A stretch of 64,000 nt of DNA, from assembly GCA_018175075.1 (NCBI GenBank), contig GCA_018175075.1_4100.1, one strand, 5' to 3'. The position numbers and the translations under genes were made by a program. The notes under the pieces were generated by a model. The model worked only from the letters and a program-made list of their open reading frames with translations, had not been told where the DNA came from and did no database searches. Within the stretch, counting starts at the first letter, position 1; each line of letters opens with the position of its first letter. The DNA comes from a phage. Shown here one piece after another: positions 45,984 to 53,716 of the stretch.

Positions 45984-46466
45984 ATGGCTAATGTAAAATC
46001 ATTCATCAAAGCACTGGTAGCAAATGAAACTAACGTCGCGGCTGAGATCCTGGCTGAACTGGATAACGATACCATGAAAGCGGTACGCAATAATTTTAAC
46101 ATCGCTTACAGTACTGCGAAAGAACTACAAGCAAATAAAGCGGCAGAAATTGAAGCGGCAAAGGCGGCCCGTGAAGCAGAACTACAAGCAACAATTGAAA
46201 GTATTCAGGCGGCAGTAGTTGGATTGGATCTGGAAGTAGTTACAGAGATGGCACAAAAAGCCCTGGCGAAAAAGTACGGTGAAGATAAGCCAGAAGTAAA
46301 AGCTAAAAAATGGATTCAAGAACGTGTAGCGGTAGTACTTGATAACGGGGAAGAATATCTGATTCCGGTGCGTGGTAACTGCATTGCGGTAGTACTGGAT
46401 GCGATTAACTCCAGTGGTATGACTCGCGAGGAATGGATCGAAGCTCATCGCAAAGTTGAAGCATAA
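45984..46466 (+). CDS. hypothetical protein, 160 aa (Ala/Glu-rich)
   Basis: ATG with GAGGA RBS. Confidence 0.55.
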   Translation: MANVKSFIKALVANETNVAAEILAELDNDTMKAVRNNFNIAYSTAKELQANKAAEIEAAKAAREAELQATIESIQAAVVGLDLEVVTEMAQKALAKKYGEDKPEVKAKKWIQERVAVVLDNGEEYLIPVRGNCIAVVLDAINSSGMTREEWIEAHRKVEA

Positions 46467-46487
46467 CAATTAAAGTACTGAATCATT

Positions 46488-46513
46488 AGCCCACTTATAC
46501 AGTGGGCTTTTTT
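46488..46513 (+). terminator. rho-independent terminator
   Basis: AGCCCACT-TATAC-AGTGGGCT hairpin then TTTTTT. Confidence 0.7.
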
Positions 46514-46667
46514 GTGTTTATCGTTTACCAGGCCACCAGCACCGCCTAGAAACGATTCTAACGTATTAAACTGTTTATCTGATGCATTGCCCTAGCTGGT
46601 GGCGTTAAAGTCGTTAGAATGCGATTGAGTGCGTTTAAAGTATTTTGCAAAAAGTAATAAAAAGTAC

Positions 46668-46725
46668 TTGCACGATTAAGAGATTAGCGTATAATGTTTT
46701 ACATCGAGAGGGGGAAACGGTTCTC
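46668..46725 (+). promoter_or_regulatory. class-I early promoter plus leader hairpin
   Basis: TTGCAC, 16 nt, TATAAT, then GGGGGAAACGGTTCTCC. Confidence 0.55.
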
Positions 46726-46750
46726 CTTCCAAATCAAAGGAATCAAAACA

Positions 46751-46978
46751 ATGGCTATTATCATTACTCGCGTATCTGGTACTACTGGCAACGAACAAGT
46801 AGTTGCAGTCATTACCAACAAGGAAGGTGCGGAATTGCAAAATGCAATGAATACCTGGGCCGTTAATGAGTTCGGTCAGTGGGCAAGTGTAGCATACATT
46901 GAAACCTATCAAGTGCCGTCGATTAGTTTAACTGATTTGGGCGTTGAGCGTATCCTTTGCCTTGATGAATTAAATTAA
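46751..46978 (+). CDS. hypothetical protein, 75 aa
   Basis: ATG with AAAGGA RBS; track start 46694 lies in the -10 box. Confidence 0.55.
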   Translation: MAIIITRVSGTTGNEQVVAVITNKEGAELQNAMNTWAVNEFGQWASVAYIETYQVPSISLTDLGVERILCLDELN

Positions 46979-46986
46979 AAAAGTAC

Positions 46987-47047
46987 TTGCAAAGTAAATC
47001 GAATAAAGTATAATACATTACATCAAGGGGAGAAAATGGTTCTCCCC
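46987..47047 (+). promoter_or_regulatory. class-I early promoter plus leader hairpin
   Basis: TTGCAA, 16 nt, TATAAT, then GGGGAGAAAATGGTTCTCCCC. Confidence 0.6.
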
Positions 47048-47064
47048 ACTACAAGGAAACTAAA

Positions 47065-47208
47065 ATGAAAACTTGTCAATGTGGTCAGAAATCTATTACT
47101 GGTTTAAAGCGGGGCGTTGCTCTTTGCCAGTACCATTATAATTTACAAGTATGGGGTAAAGAATGGGCCGACCAGGTGGAAGCAGCAAAGAAAGCAAAAA
47201 GTAAGTAA
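47065..47208 (+). CDS. small Cys-containing protein, 47 aa
   Basis: ATG with AAGGAAA RBS after leader hairpin; CQCG...CQYH; below track size cutoff. Confidence 0.45.
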   Translation: MKTCQCGQKSITGLKRGVALCQYHYNLQVWGKEWADQVEAAKKAKSK

Positions 47209-47227
47209 AAATATTATCACAGTACTA

Positions 47228-47256
47228 TTGACATAGTTTGATAGTACTGGCATAAT
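47228..47256 (+). promoter_or_regulatory. class-II promoter
   Basis: TTGACA, 17 nt, CATAAT within repeated AGTACTATTGACATAGTTTGATAGTACTGGCATAAT module. Confidence 0.55.
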
Positions 47257-47287
47257 AGATTTTATCAAAACAACTGAGGAAAATAAA

Positions 47288-47500
47288 ATGGCTATCATCA
47301 CTAAAATCAAAGTTAACAAGACTATCGTTAAACTGGCAGAAGTGAAAGAAGGTTATAAAGTATCTTGGTGCGGTATGTATCGGACGTTCGCAGATATAGA
47401 TGATGCAATCAATTACTACACTGACACGGTTAAAAACTTTGTTCGTGCTGATGTGGTTATGGCAGTGGCAACATATAAAGCAGCGAAAGAAAGTAAGTAA
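47288..47500 (+). CDS. hypothetical protein, 70 aa (paralog of 50419 gene)
   Basis: GAGGAAA RBS; MAII..K N-terminus. Confidence 0.55.
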   Translation: MAIITKIKVNKTIVKLAEVKEGYKVSWCGMYRTFADIDDAINYYTDTVKNFVRADVVMAVATYKAAKESK

Positions 47501-47519
47501 AAATATTATCACAGTACTA

Positions 47520-47548
47520 TTGACATAGTTTGATAGTACTGGCATAAT
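47520..47548 (+). promoter_or_regulatory. class-II promoter (duplicate module)
   Basis: TTGACA, 17 nt, CATAAT. Confidence 0.55.
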
Positions 47549-47589
47549 AGATTTTATCAAGACAACATATTAATTTAAGGAATACAAAA

Positions 47590-47913
47590 ATGGCTAAAAC
47601 TATCATTAACACCGTTTCCCTGGCTGCAATCCGTGCAATCAATGTTGACGGTAAACGTTGGACTGATTCATATGGCAATACTTATCATTCTTGTCATGTA
47701 AGCGTTGAACTGGATAACGGTTTGAATGATCTGGCGGTTGAATCATTTACTTATGGCTATGAAGATGCATATCAACAAACGGCGTTATCTCTCTTAAAGG
47801 AATCAGTAGACGGGCTTAATACTGATGAAACCTCCCTTACTCGTTTGTGTAATGATTTGTCTATCCCGTTGCATTGTACTGTACAGAATGTTAAACGCAA
47901 AAAAGATCTTTAA
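47590..47913 (+). CDS. hypothetical protein, 107 aa (paralog of 54412 gene)
   Basis: AAGGAA RBS; shares RWTDSYGNTYHSC...FTYGY...NDVKRKKD. Confidence 0.6.
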   Translation: MAKTIINTVSLAAIRAINVDGKRWTDSYGNTYHSCHVSVELDNGLNDLAVESFTYGYEDAYQQTALSLLKESVDGLNTDETSLTRLCNDLSIPLHCTVQNVKRKKDL

Positions 47914-47993
47914 TTAGCTTTACTTTATGCAGATACTTTGATATAGTGTCTGCATAGGGGAAAGAAATTAAATTAACTTAAGAGGATCGTATA

Positions 47994-48263
47994 ATGAAAA
48001 ATATCAGTACTTTAATCGACGCAGGTACACATGTTCGGCGGTCTATGGTTGCAACCAGTACTACAAAACAAGTAGCGAGCGGTTATCTTGTATTTGTGCA
48101 CGATGGTAAACTCCTGGAACGTTCAATCAATTTTGATGTTAAAAACAATTGCCGTTTTATTATCTTTAAGCGTGAACAATATAAAATCGATTTGCCAGCA
48201 AAGCCCATTAGCGGGGCGTACAACGTGCAATCATTGTTTGAGCGTCAACCTTACACCTATTAA
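47994..48263 (+). CDS. hypothetical protein, 89 aa
   Basis: ATG with AAGAGGA RBS. Confidence 0.5.
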   Translation: MKNISTLIDAGTHVRRSMVATSTTKQVASGYLVFVHDGKLLERSINFDVKNNCRFIIFKREQYKIDLPAKPISGAYNVQSLFERQPYTY

Positions 48264-48314
48264 TCAAAACATCGTTAGCGGTCGTTTTAGGCCGCTTATA
48301 TTGGGGATTATACC

Positions 48315-48587
48315 ATGAACGTTAATCAAGTACTGAATGAGATCGAAAGCATCATTAAACCGATGAAGCGTACTGATGCTATGTTAACACCGGAAGAATG
48401 CCGCCTTTATGAGCGTTACAGCGTCGAACAAGTCCAGGCAATGGCTATGGCTACCCCAGCCGTTAAACCGCCTGAGAATGCGTTACAGGACGTTACAGGG
48501 GATTATATCATCAATCCAGTACTAGGGAAGATGGCTGCAATCACCGAAGATCAACAAGACTACTTAAGCCAGTACTTAAAAGGTTAA
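48315..48587 (+). CDS. hypothetical protein, 90 aa
   Basis: ATG with GGGGA RBS. Confidence 0.5.
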   Translation: MNVNQVLNEIESIIKPMKRTDAMLTPEECRLYERYSVEQVQAMAMATPAVKPPENALQDVTGDYIINPVLGKMAAITEDQQDYLSQYLKG

Positions 48588-48592
48588 TTAAT

Positions 48593-48802
48593 ATGCTTAC
48601 TGTACAGGATAAGATCGACATCTTAAAGGTTAATATGTATGTGATTGATGCAGTACCTGGTAAAGTATTTGCATACGATGACACCACTGTAAGCGATTTC
48701 TACTATAGCCAGGCCGTGGGGGATCTTTCTGTACAGTCGGTTATTGAAAACGTAGTTAATGCAGCGTATGAGCATTTACTTTCAAATAGTACTTGCAATT
48801 AG
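48593..48802 (+). CDS. hypothetical protein, 69 aa
   Basis: ATG with AAAGG RBS. Confidence 0.5.
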   Translation: MLTVQDKIDILKVNMYVIDAVPGKVFAYDDTTVSDFYYSQAVGDLSVQSVIENVVNAAYEHLLSNSTCN

Positions 48803-48852
48803 TTTTTAAACGCGTATAATGTTTTACATGAAGGGGAGAAATGATTCTCCCC
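48793..48852 (+). promoter_or_regulatory. class-I early promoter plus leader hairpin
   Basis: TTGCAA, 16 nt, TATAAT, then GGGGAGAAATGATTCTCCCC. Confidence 0.6.
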
Positions 48853-48871
48853 ACTAATTAAGGAATATGAA

Positions 48872-49018
48872 ATGAAAGCATCAAAAAAGAGTACTAACAA
48901 GAAAGCACGTTCAACCTTAGATGGGGTATTCCCTTTACGTTTCGTTGATGAAGTGGTTTCCTACCCGCCTGGCCTTACTCCTGAGATGGTAGAAAGTTTG
49001 CGTAAATCTAAAAAATAG
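48872..49018 (+). CDS. small basic protein, 48 aa
   Basis: ATG with AAGGAA RBS after leader hairpin; below track size cutoff. Confidence 0.45.
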   Translation: MKASKKSTNKKARSTLDGVFPLRFVDEVVSYPPGLTPEMVESLRKSKK

Positions 49019-49021
49019 TAC

Positions 49022-49081
49022 TTGCAATTAGTTTTTAGTACTGTATAATGTTTTACATGAAGGGGAGAAATGATTCTCCCC
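49022..49081 (+). promoter_or_regulatory. class-I early promoter plus leader hairpin
   Basis: TTGCAA, 16 nt, TATAAT, then GGGGAGAAATGATTCTCCCC. Confidence 0.6.
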
Positions 49082-49099
49082 AATAACAGGAGAAACAAA

Positions 49100-49252
49100 A
49101 TGAAACAATACAACGCTCGGTTTGATGTTACTATCGGTAACGGCAAAGGTCAATTCTCTTTCAGTACTCGCCGCAGTTATACAGAAAACTTCCTGCGTAA
49201 TTGTGCACTGACCGCCGCACAAATTAAACATTACTTTCAGGCTAAAAAATGA
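49100..49252 (+). CDS. hypothetical small protein, 50 aa
   Basis: ATG with AGGAGAAA RBS; track ORF 49070 starts inside hairpin loop. Confidence 0.5.
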   Translation: MKQYNARFDVTIGNGKGQFSFSTRRSYTENFLRNCALTAAQIKHYFQAKK

Positions 49253-49338
49253 AATCATTAGCTTATTACAGTTCGGCCCTGGTCGGTGCATTGATCGCGG
49301 CATTGTTAGTAACCTATCTATTCTTTATGGTGATTTAA
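49249..49338 (+). CDS. small membrane peptide, 29 aa
   Basis: ATGA overlap with upstream stop; hydrophobic. Confidence 0.3.
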   Translation: MKSLAYYSSALVGALIAALLVTYLFFMVI

Positions 49339-49473
49339 ATGAATCCTAACGGTATAATTTACAGTACTCCTAAAACGAAAGCAGACAAGGTAAACGCTAA
49401 AAAAGCGAAAGTAAAGGAGTACATCAAGCAAGGCATGACGCGAAAGGCCGCAGTACTTAAAGCTAAAAAATAA
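49339..49473 (+). CDS. small basic protein, 44 aa
   Basis: TAAATG coupling; Lys-rich. Confidence 0.35.
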   Translation: MNPNGIIYSTPKTKADKVNAKKAKVKEYIKQGMTRKAAVLKAKK

Positions 49474-49484
49474 ATGAAAAAAGT

Positions 49485-49507
49485 GGTTGACTTCGGTCAG
49501 CCATTTT
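49485..49507 (+). terminator. rho-independent terminator
   Basis: GGTTGAC-TTCG-GTCAGCC hairpin then ATTTTG. Confidence 0.65.
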
Positions 49508-49539
49508 GCTATTATATATTCATTGAGAGATAGCTCACT

Positions 49540-49567
49540 AGCCCACAGGGTGCGGAAGTGTATCTAT
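49540..49567 (+). repeat. AGCCCACAGGGTGC element, forward copy
   Basis: AGCCCACAGGGTGCGGAAGTGTATCTAT between terminator and promoter. Confidence 0.45.
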
Positions 49568-49608
49568 TATATAAGTATTGAGTACTGAAAACTATTTTTA
49601 AAAAGTAC

Positions 49609-49668
49609 TTGCAAACTATCTCAATAGGCGTATAATGTTTTACATCGAAAGGGGAAACGGTTTCCCCT
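49609..49668 (+). promoter_or_regulatory. class-I early promoter plus leader hairpin
   Basis: TTGCAA, 16 nt, TATAAT, then GGGGAAACGGTTTCCCC. Confidence 0.6.
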
Positions 49669-49687
49669 GGTAATAAGGAAACAAATC

Positions 49688-50029
49688 ATGACTATTGCAA
49701 TTGCTCAATCTAACTTTGAAAATGAAATCATCGCTCAGACACTGCGTTTAAGTGATGGTCGGGCCGAAATTAATTACGGTTTCAATTCAGGCGGTTGTGA
49801 AAAATATCAGTACTTTGTAACGGCTGATGGCGGTGTCCTGGGTATCAATACAGTTATTGTAAACATACAGAAAATTAATTTCAATGATCCAGACGATAGC
49901 CAGTTTTACATCACAGGCGTAGACGTGAACTATGAGGATGACTCACTAACTGATGATCACACTGGCGAGCGGTTAGAAAGTGCATACGGTGAAGATGATT
50001 ATCAGTCCGGTCCAGAAGATTTCGAATAA
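49688..50029 (+). CDS. hypothetical acidic protein, 113 aa
   Basis: ATG with AAGGAAA RBS. Confidence 0.55.
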   Translation: MTIAIAQSNFENEIIAQTLRLSDGRAEINYGFNSGGCEKYQYFVTADGGVLGINTVIVNIQKINFNDPDDSQFYITGVDVNYEDDSLTDDHTGERLESAYGEDDYQSGPEDFE

Positions 50030-50042
50030 TATAAAAAATAGT

Positions 50043-50102
50043 TTGACAATAGATTATAGTACTGTATAATAGTTTACATCAAGGGGAGAAATGATTCTCC
50101 CC
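50043..50102 (+). promoter_or_regulatory. early promoter plus leader hairpin
   Basis: TTGACA, 16 nt, TATAAT, then GGGGAGAAATGATTCTCCCC. Confidence 0.6.
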
Positions 50103-50122
50103 ACTAACAGAGAGAAAACAAA

Positions 50123-50335
50123 ATGGCTAATATCTGCACTGTACTGAAAAATGCAAAACAAGTTTTATTTTCTGATCACGATCATTTAAACAAGGATATT
50201 ACTGGCGTTCGGAATATCAAAGATGTAAAAAGTGTTATGGGTATCTATTGCAATATGAAACGTGTTGGAACGTTCGGCGACAAAGTACTATACCAGGCAG
50301 GGGATTACAATTTTACACTGACTATCATTAACTAA
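50123..50335 (+). CDS. hypothetical protein, 70 aa
   Basis: ATG with AGAGAG RBS. Confidence 0.55.
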   Translation: MANICTVLKNAKQVLFSDHDHLNKDITGVRNIKDVKSVMGIYCNMKRVGTFGDKVLYQAGDYNFTLTIIN

Positions 50336-50354
50336 AAATATTATCACAGTACTA

Positions 50355-50383
50355 TTGACATAGTTTGATAGTACTGACATAAT
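50355..50383 (+). promoter_or_regulatory. class-II promoter (third copy of module)
   Basis: TTGACA, 17 nt, CATAAT. Confidence 0.5.
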
Positions 50384-50418
50384 AACTTTTATCAACTACA
50401 CTACTAAGGAATTAAAAA

Positions 50419-50598
50419 ATGGCTATCATCGCAAAAACTGAAATCGTTGGTCTGGATTCTATCATCATGACGTTTGAAGATCAAAAAGGTATGTATGTAG
50501 TTTCATATGGTGATTATGTTCGGGAGTATGAAACGGTAGACGAAGCCTTTGAAAGTTATATTCGCCAGGTGAATAAAGCATACGACGACTACCGCTAA
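50419..50598 (+). CDS. hypothetical protein, 59 aa (paralog of 47288 gene)
   Basis: AAGGAA RBS; MAIIAK N-terminus; below track size cutoff. Confidence 0.5.
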   Translation: MAIIAKTEIVGLDSIIMTFEDQKGMYVVSYGDYVREYETVDEAFESYIRQVNKAYDDYR

Positions 50599-50616
50599 AA
50601 TATATTACCAGTACTA

Positions 50617-50644
50617 TTGACAACGTTTGATAGTACTGTATAAT
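50617..50644 (+). promoter_or_regulatory. class-II promoter variant
   Basis: TTGACA, 16 nt, TATAAT. Confidence 0.5.
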
Positions 50645-50688
50645 AAGTTTTATAAACAGTAGTTAACTTAACCTAAGAGAGAAATAAA

Positions 50689-50832
50689 ATGATCGCACTG
50701 GATTCATTCATCGACGCAGTACTGGCAAAAACTGGCGAGGATCTGACCGCAGAACAATACGCAATGATCGAGCAATGCCAGCAAGACGGTAAATCGGTGA
50801 AAGATACTGTTAAGATTATCCGCAAGATGTAA
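50689..50832 (+). CDS. hypothetical small protein, 47 aa
   Basis: ATG with AAGAGAG RBS; followed by terminator. Confidence 0.45.
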   Translation: MIALDSFIDAVLAKTGEDLTAEQYAMIEQCQQDGKSVKDTVKIIRKM

Positions 50833-50838
50833 TATTAT

Positions 50839-50866
50839 AGCCCACTGGTTAACGCTGGTGGGCTTT
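50839..50866 (+). terminator. terminator-like hairpin
   Basis: AGCCCAC...GTGGGCT hairpin then TTTAATT. Confidence 0.5.
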
Positions 50867-50937
50867 AATTCATTACCCTATACAATGCCAGTACTAAACC
50901 GTTTATCTCGTTAGAATGCATTACAGGACGTTTGACA

Positions 50938-51135
50938 ATGATTAGCATGAAATCAGTACAAAAACAAATAGAAACATTATCAAAAATTAAACGTAAACAG
51001 TACTCGTTAGAATATACAATCAATGGTAACTATCATCTAATGAAAGAAAATAATTTTATAGTCATTGATGAATCATTGCAAATCATTAGTATAGTACTGA
51101 AAGCATTAATTAATGATAGAAAAAAATTAAAATAA
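50938..51135 (+). CDS. hypothetical protein, about 65 aa (AT-rich)
   Basis: ORF; start ambiguous (track start 50932 is TTG). Confidence 0.35.
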   Translation: MISMKSVQKQIETLSKIKRKQYSLEYTINGNYHLMKENNFIVIDESLQIISIVLKALINDRKKLK

Positions 51136-51139
51136 TCTA

Positions 51140-51168
51140 TTGACAATATCCTCCAGTACTGGCATAAT
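51140..51168 (+). promoter_or_regulatory. sigma70-like promoter
   Basis: TTGACA, 17 nt, CATAAT. Confidence 0.5.
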
Positions 51169-51228
51169 ACTTACATCAAGACGAGAACGTCACTAACCCA
51201 TAGGGTGCACAAATGTAACTATATAACA

Positions 51229-51305
51229 TCGATCAATAAATGATCAAAAAAGTACTGGATCAATTTAGCATAAGGCGTATAATTCTGATCAATTCTTGAT
51301 CAAAG
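51229..51305. repeat. cluster of five TGATCAA (GATC) sites
   Basis: GATC at about 51231, 51242, 51258, 51287, 51298 in a non-coding leader. Confidence 0.5.
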
Positions 51306-51464
51306 GCAATATACGCAGTTGAATTTATATAGACAGTACAAAGGCGTTACTATCCGTGGTAATGCTGGTGGATATGTAGTATCATGTGGTTTGAATAAGA
51401 TTAGCACTAGTAGTATTATTGTAGCATTACAGTACTATAGTATTTTTATAATGAGGTTAAAATA

Positions 51465-51722
51465 ATGGCAGTAGGATACGCGAAAGACGGGGCCGAACAA
51501 GACGAGATTAACGCAGTGATTCAGGCCGCCGTTAACCACGCTAGAAAGCAAATTAACGCACAAAGAGAATCACTAGTACATTGCCTCGACTGCGGCGATA
51601 AAATCCCTGAGAATCGACGCCAGGCCGTTATAGGGTGCATGTATTGTATTACTTGCCAGGCGGATCATGATAGTACTTTTAAAAGAGATCCGCGTAATTG
51701 TTGGCATAGATCTATGAGATAA
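51465..51722 (+). CDS. TraR/DksA-family C4 zinc-finger protein, 85 aa
   Basis: C-x2-C-x17-C-x2-C (CLDCGDKIPENRR...CMYCITC) with RKQINAQR upstream, typical of TraR/DksA. Confidence 0.7.
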   Translation: MAVGYAKDGAEQDEINAVIQAAVNHARKQINAQRESLVHCLDCGDKIPENRRQAVIGCMYCITCQADHDSTFKRDPRNCWHRSMR

Positions 51723-51729
51723 AAAGTAA

Positions 51730-51757
51730 TTGACAGTACTGAAAGATAGTGTATAAT
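51730..51757 (+). promoter_or_regulatory. sigma70-like promoter
   Basis: TTGACA, 16 nt, TATAAT, GTTTTATATC. Confidence 0.55.
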
Positions 51758-51786
51758 GTTTTATATCTTAAATGAGGATAGAAATC

Positions 51787-52143
51787 ATGGGAATACAACA
51801 TATCACGCGTACTACTGACAATGGCGAGATCACTGGTTATCAGGTACAGGGCAAAGTAGCACAATTGCAGTACTGGTTTGTTAAACGTGGAATCATTGCA
51901 CCGGATCTTGATTATGACCGTGTTGCTTTCATTGATTCTCTTTATGTTGATCCTGATAGTCGGGGCAATGGTGAAGGTAACGAATTAATGAATGCCTTTA
52001 TCGATGCCGCCGATGATTCAGATTGTATCATCTTAGAATGCGATACGGGAGAAGATAACGCCTTTAATCTTAAAGAATGGTACGAAGGTTTCGGATTCGA
52101 GGTATTGATAGATAGTGAATATCCTATCATGATTTTATCATAG
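51787..52143 (+). CDS. putative GNAT-family acetyltransferase-like protein, 118 aa
   Basis: GAGGA RBS; SRGNGEGNELMNAFIDAA and WYEGFGFE resemble GNAT motifs. Confidence 0.45.
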   Translation: MGIQHITRTTDNGEITGYQVQGKVAQLQYWFVKRGIIAPDLDYDRVAFIDSLYVDPDSRGNGEGNELMNAFIDAADDSDCIILECDTGEDNAFNLKEWYEGFGFEVLIDSEYPIMILS

Positions 52144-52146
52144 TAC

Positions 52147-52203
52147 TTGCATTTAGTTTTCAGTACTGTTATAGTACTTACATCAAGGGGAAACATCTTC
52201 CCC
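52147..52203 (+). promoter_or_regulatory. class-I early promoter plus leader hairpin
   Basis: TTGCAT, 17 nt, TATAGT, then GGGGAAACATCTTCCCC. Confidence 0.55.
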
Positions 52204-52221
52204 TACTAAGAGGAAATGAAA

Positions 52222-52410
52222 ATGGAAAACTTATCAAGTATTTTAGTACAAGATGATTTCGGTAATCCTGGAAGTGCTATCATAGTTCGGGGCAATAAAG
52301 CAACGTTTGTTATTGCTGGTGGACCCGTACAGCGTAGCATTAAAAATAATGCTGTTACCATTAATAATGTACGCTATCGCTTAGATAAAGAATTAATTCA
52401 TAAACTGTAA
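52222..52410 (+). CDS. hypothetical protein, 62 aa
   Basis: ATG with AAGAGGAAA RBS (alternative start 52216). Confidence 0.5.
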   Translation: MENLSSILVQDDFGNPGSAIIVRGNKATFVIAGGPVQRSIKNNAVTINNVRYRLDKELIHKL

Positions 52411-52437
52411 TATTAATTTAATAGAGGATAACAATAA

Positions 52438-52761
52438 ATGTACATTCATACTACTATCACAAAGGAAGTCCGTTGCCAGTTCGAAAGTATTCCGGGCGTA
52501 TGTTTCATCACTGGTACGTTTTCCCCTGGTGATCGTGATAATCCAGTACTGTTACAATTACGCCATCCATCATGGGATAAAGCATTTGATCTACCGTTGA
52601 ATGAATTCGCAACTACTGCTGAAAAGTACATTAAAAATATTCGCGAGAATGATCGACTATTCATTAATGCTTTTAGTGATTCCGCGTTAAGCGAGATCCA
52701 CGGTGTATTGGTTGCAATCATGGAATCAATGGAGAAAACTAAATTCAAACAAGGTGAATAA
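52438..52761 (+). CDS. hypothetical protein, 107 aa
   Basis: ATG with AGAGGA RBS. Confidence 0.55.
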   Translation: MYIHTTITKEVRCQFESIPGVCFITGTFSPGDRDNPVLLQLRHPSWDKAFDLPLNEFATTAEKYIKNIRENDRLFINAFSDSALSEIHGVLVAIMESMEKTKFKQGE

Positions 52762-52767
52762 AAACTA

Positions 52768-52827
52768 TTGACAAGATAATCTAGTACTGTATAATAAGTT
52801 ACATGAAGGGGAGAAATGATTCTCCCC
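52768..52827 (+). promoter_or_regulatory. early promoter plus leader hairpin
   Basis: TTGACA, 16 nt, TATAAT, then GGGGAGAAATGATTCTCCCC. Confidence 0.6.
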
Positions 52828-52844
52828 ACTGAGAGGAAAGAAAA

Positions 52845-53057
52845 ATGCAAGGTCAACTAATCGTTCGTAAATGGTCTGATACTAACGCTAAACCGTGGGA
52901 TGTACAATACATCGGCCCCAATGGTGAATCCAGATATCAACCAGGTGTAACGCATAGTACTGAGCAATTCGCCGCCGCTCATCGTGAACGTCTGTTACAA
53001 TCAATGCAGCAAGGTTCCGGTGAAAAATTCATTCAGGATCATTGGCTGAAAGATTAA
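52845..53057 (+). CDS. hypothetical protein, 70 aa
   Basis: ATG with GAGAGGAAA RBS. Confidence 0.55.
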   Translation: MQGQLIVRKWSDTNAKPWDVQYIGPNGESRYQPGVTHSTEQFAAAHRERLLQSMQQGSGEKFIQDHWLKD

Positions 53058-53064
53058 AAAGTAC

Positions 53065-53121
53065 TTGCACAGTACTGAATAAAGTGTATAATGTTTTATA
53101 TCGGAAGGGGAATAGTTCCCC
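53065..53121 (+). promoter_or_regulatory. class-I early promoter plus leader hairpin
   Basis: TTGCAC, 16 nt, TATAAT, then GGGGAATAGTTCCCC. Confidence 0.6.
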
Positions 53122-53143
53122 TCCCAACAAAGAGGAAAGTATA

Positions 53144-53317
53144 ATGATCCAAGTAGAATTATCAGTACTGAAAGATCTGTTTTATCGGTTAGGTACTAAT
53201 GGCGAGTATCCTAAAAGTGATACCGCAAAACTTTTTGTATCACTCGACTTATGGCAACGCGAACAATTAGTAATGTCCTGGCGTAAAGGTAAAGCAGATC
53301 GCGAGGTGAAAGCATGA
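53144..53317 (+). CDS. hypothetical protein, 57 aa
   Basis: ATG with AGAGGAAA RBS; track ORF 53042 extends into the promoter. Confidence 0.5.
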   Translation: MIQVELSVLKDLFYRLGTNGEYPKSDTAKLFVSLDLWQREQLVMSWRKGKADREVKA

Positions 53318-53463
53318 AAGAATTCTTATTCGAAGTAGTGTTTCAAGGTGTCGGTAGTAACCAACTGATTCGATCAAGTGGTTACAATGTCAACCAGGCA
53401 TGGAATAACATTAAACAAATGTACCCGAACGCTATCACCTATCGCAACCCGAAAGAAGTTTAA
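53314..53463 (+). CDS. hypothetical small protein, 49 aa
   Basis: ATGA overlap with upstream stop; followed by terminator. Confidence 0.4.
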   Translation: MKEFLFEVVFQGVGSNQLIRSSGYNVNQAWNNIKQMYPNAITYRNPKEV

Positions 53464-53477
53464 AAATAATTGAAAAA

Positions 53478-53502
53478 GGGATTGACTCCGGTCAGTCCCT
53501 TT
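53478..53502 (+). terminator. rho-independent terminator
   Basis: GGGATTGACTCCGGTCAGTCCC hairpin then TTT. Confidence 0.65.
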
Positions 53503-53529
53503 GCTATTATATACGCATAGAAACAAATC

Positions 53530-53557
53530 AGCCCACCGGGTGCATAAATGTATCTAT
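53530..53557 (+). repeat. AGCCCACCGGGTGC element, forward copy
   Basis: AGCCCACCGGGTGCATAAATGTATCTAT, followed by GCTGGTGG. Confidence 0.45.
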
Positions 53558-53600
53558 TGTTTGCTGGTGGCTAGTACTGAAAACTATTTTAAAAAAGTAC

Positions 53601-53628
53601 TTGCATTGTACTTAGAATAAAGTATAAT
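53601..53628 (+). promoter_or_regulatory. class-I early promoter driving candidate ncRNA
   Basis: TTGCAT, 16 nt, TATAAT, GTTTTACATC. Confidence 0.55.
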
Positions 53629-53634
53629 GTTTTA

Positions 53635-53715
53635 CATCAGGACGGGGAACGAAACAAGTAACCCCGTTAAGTAGTCCAGGAGTAAGACATACGAAAAACT
53701 CCCCTGATAAAATAG
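53635..53715 (+). ncRNA. candidate structured RNA, copy 2
   Basis: near-identical to 42419-42502 with stem changes that keep pairing (CGGGG...CCCCG); no ORF. Confidence 0.4.
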
Positions 53716-53716
53716 T

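Noticed and set aside
45984-46466. Antisense ORF 46182-46469 (95 aa) and other minus-strand ORFs in the early block (for example 52446-52856, 58983-59369)
   Set aside because: No RBS or promoter on the minus strand there; they overlap well-supported plus-strand genes and cross promoter and terminator elements.
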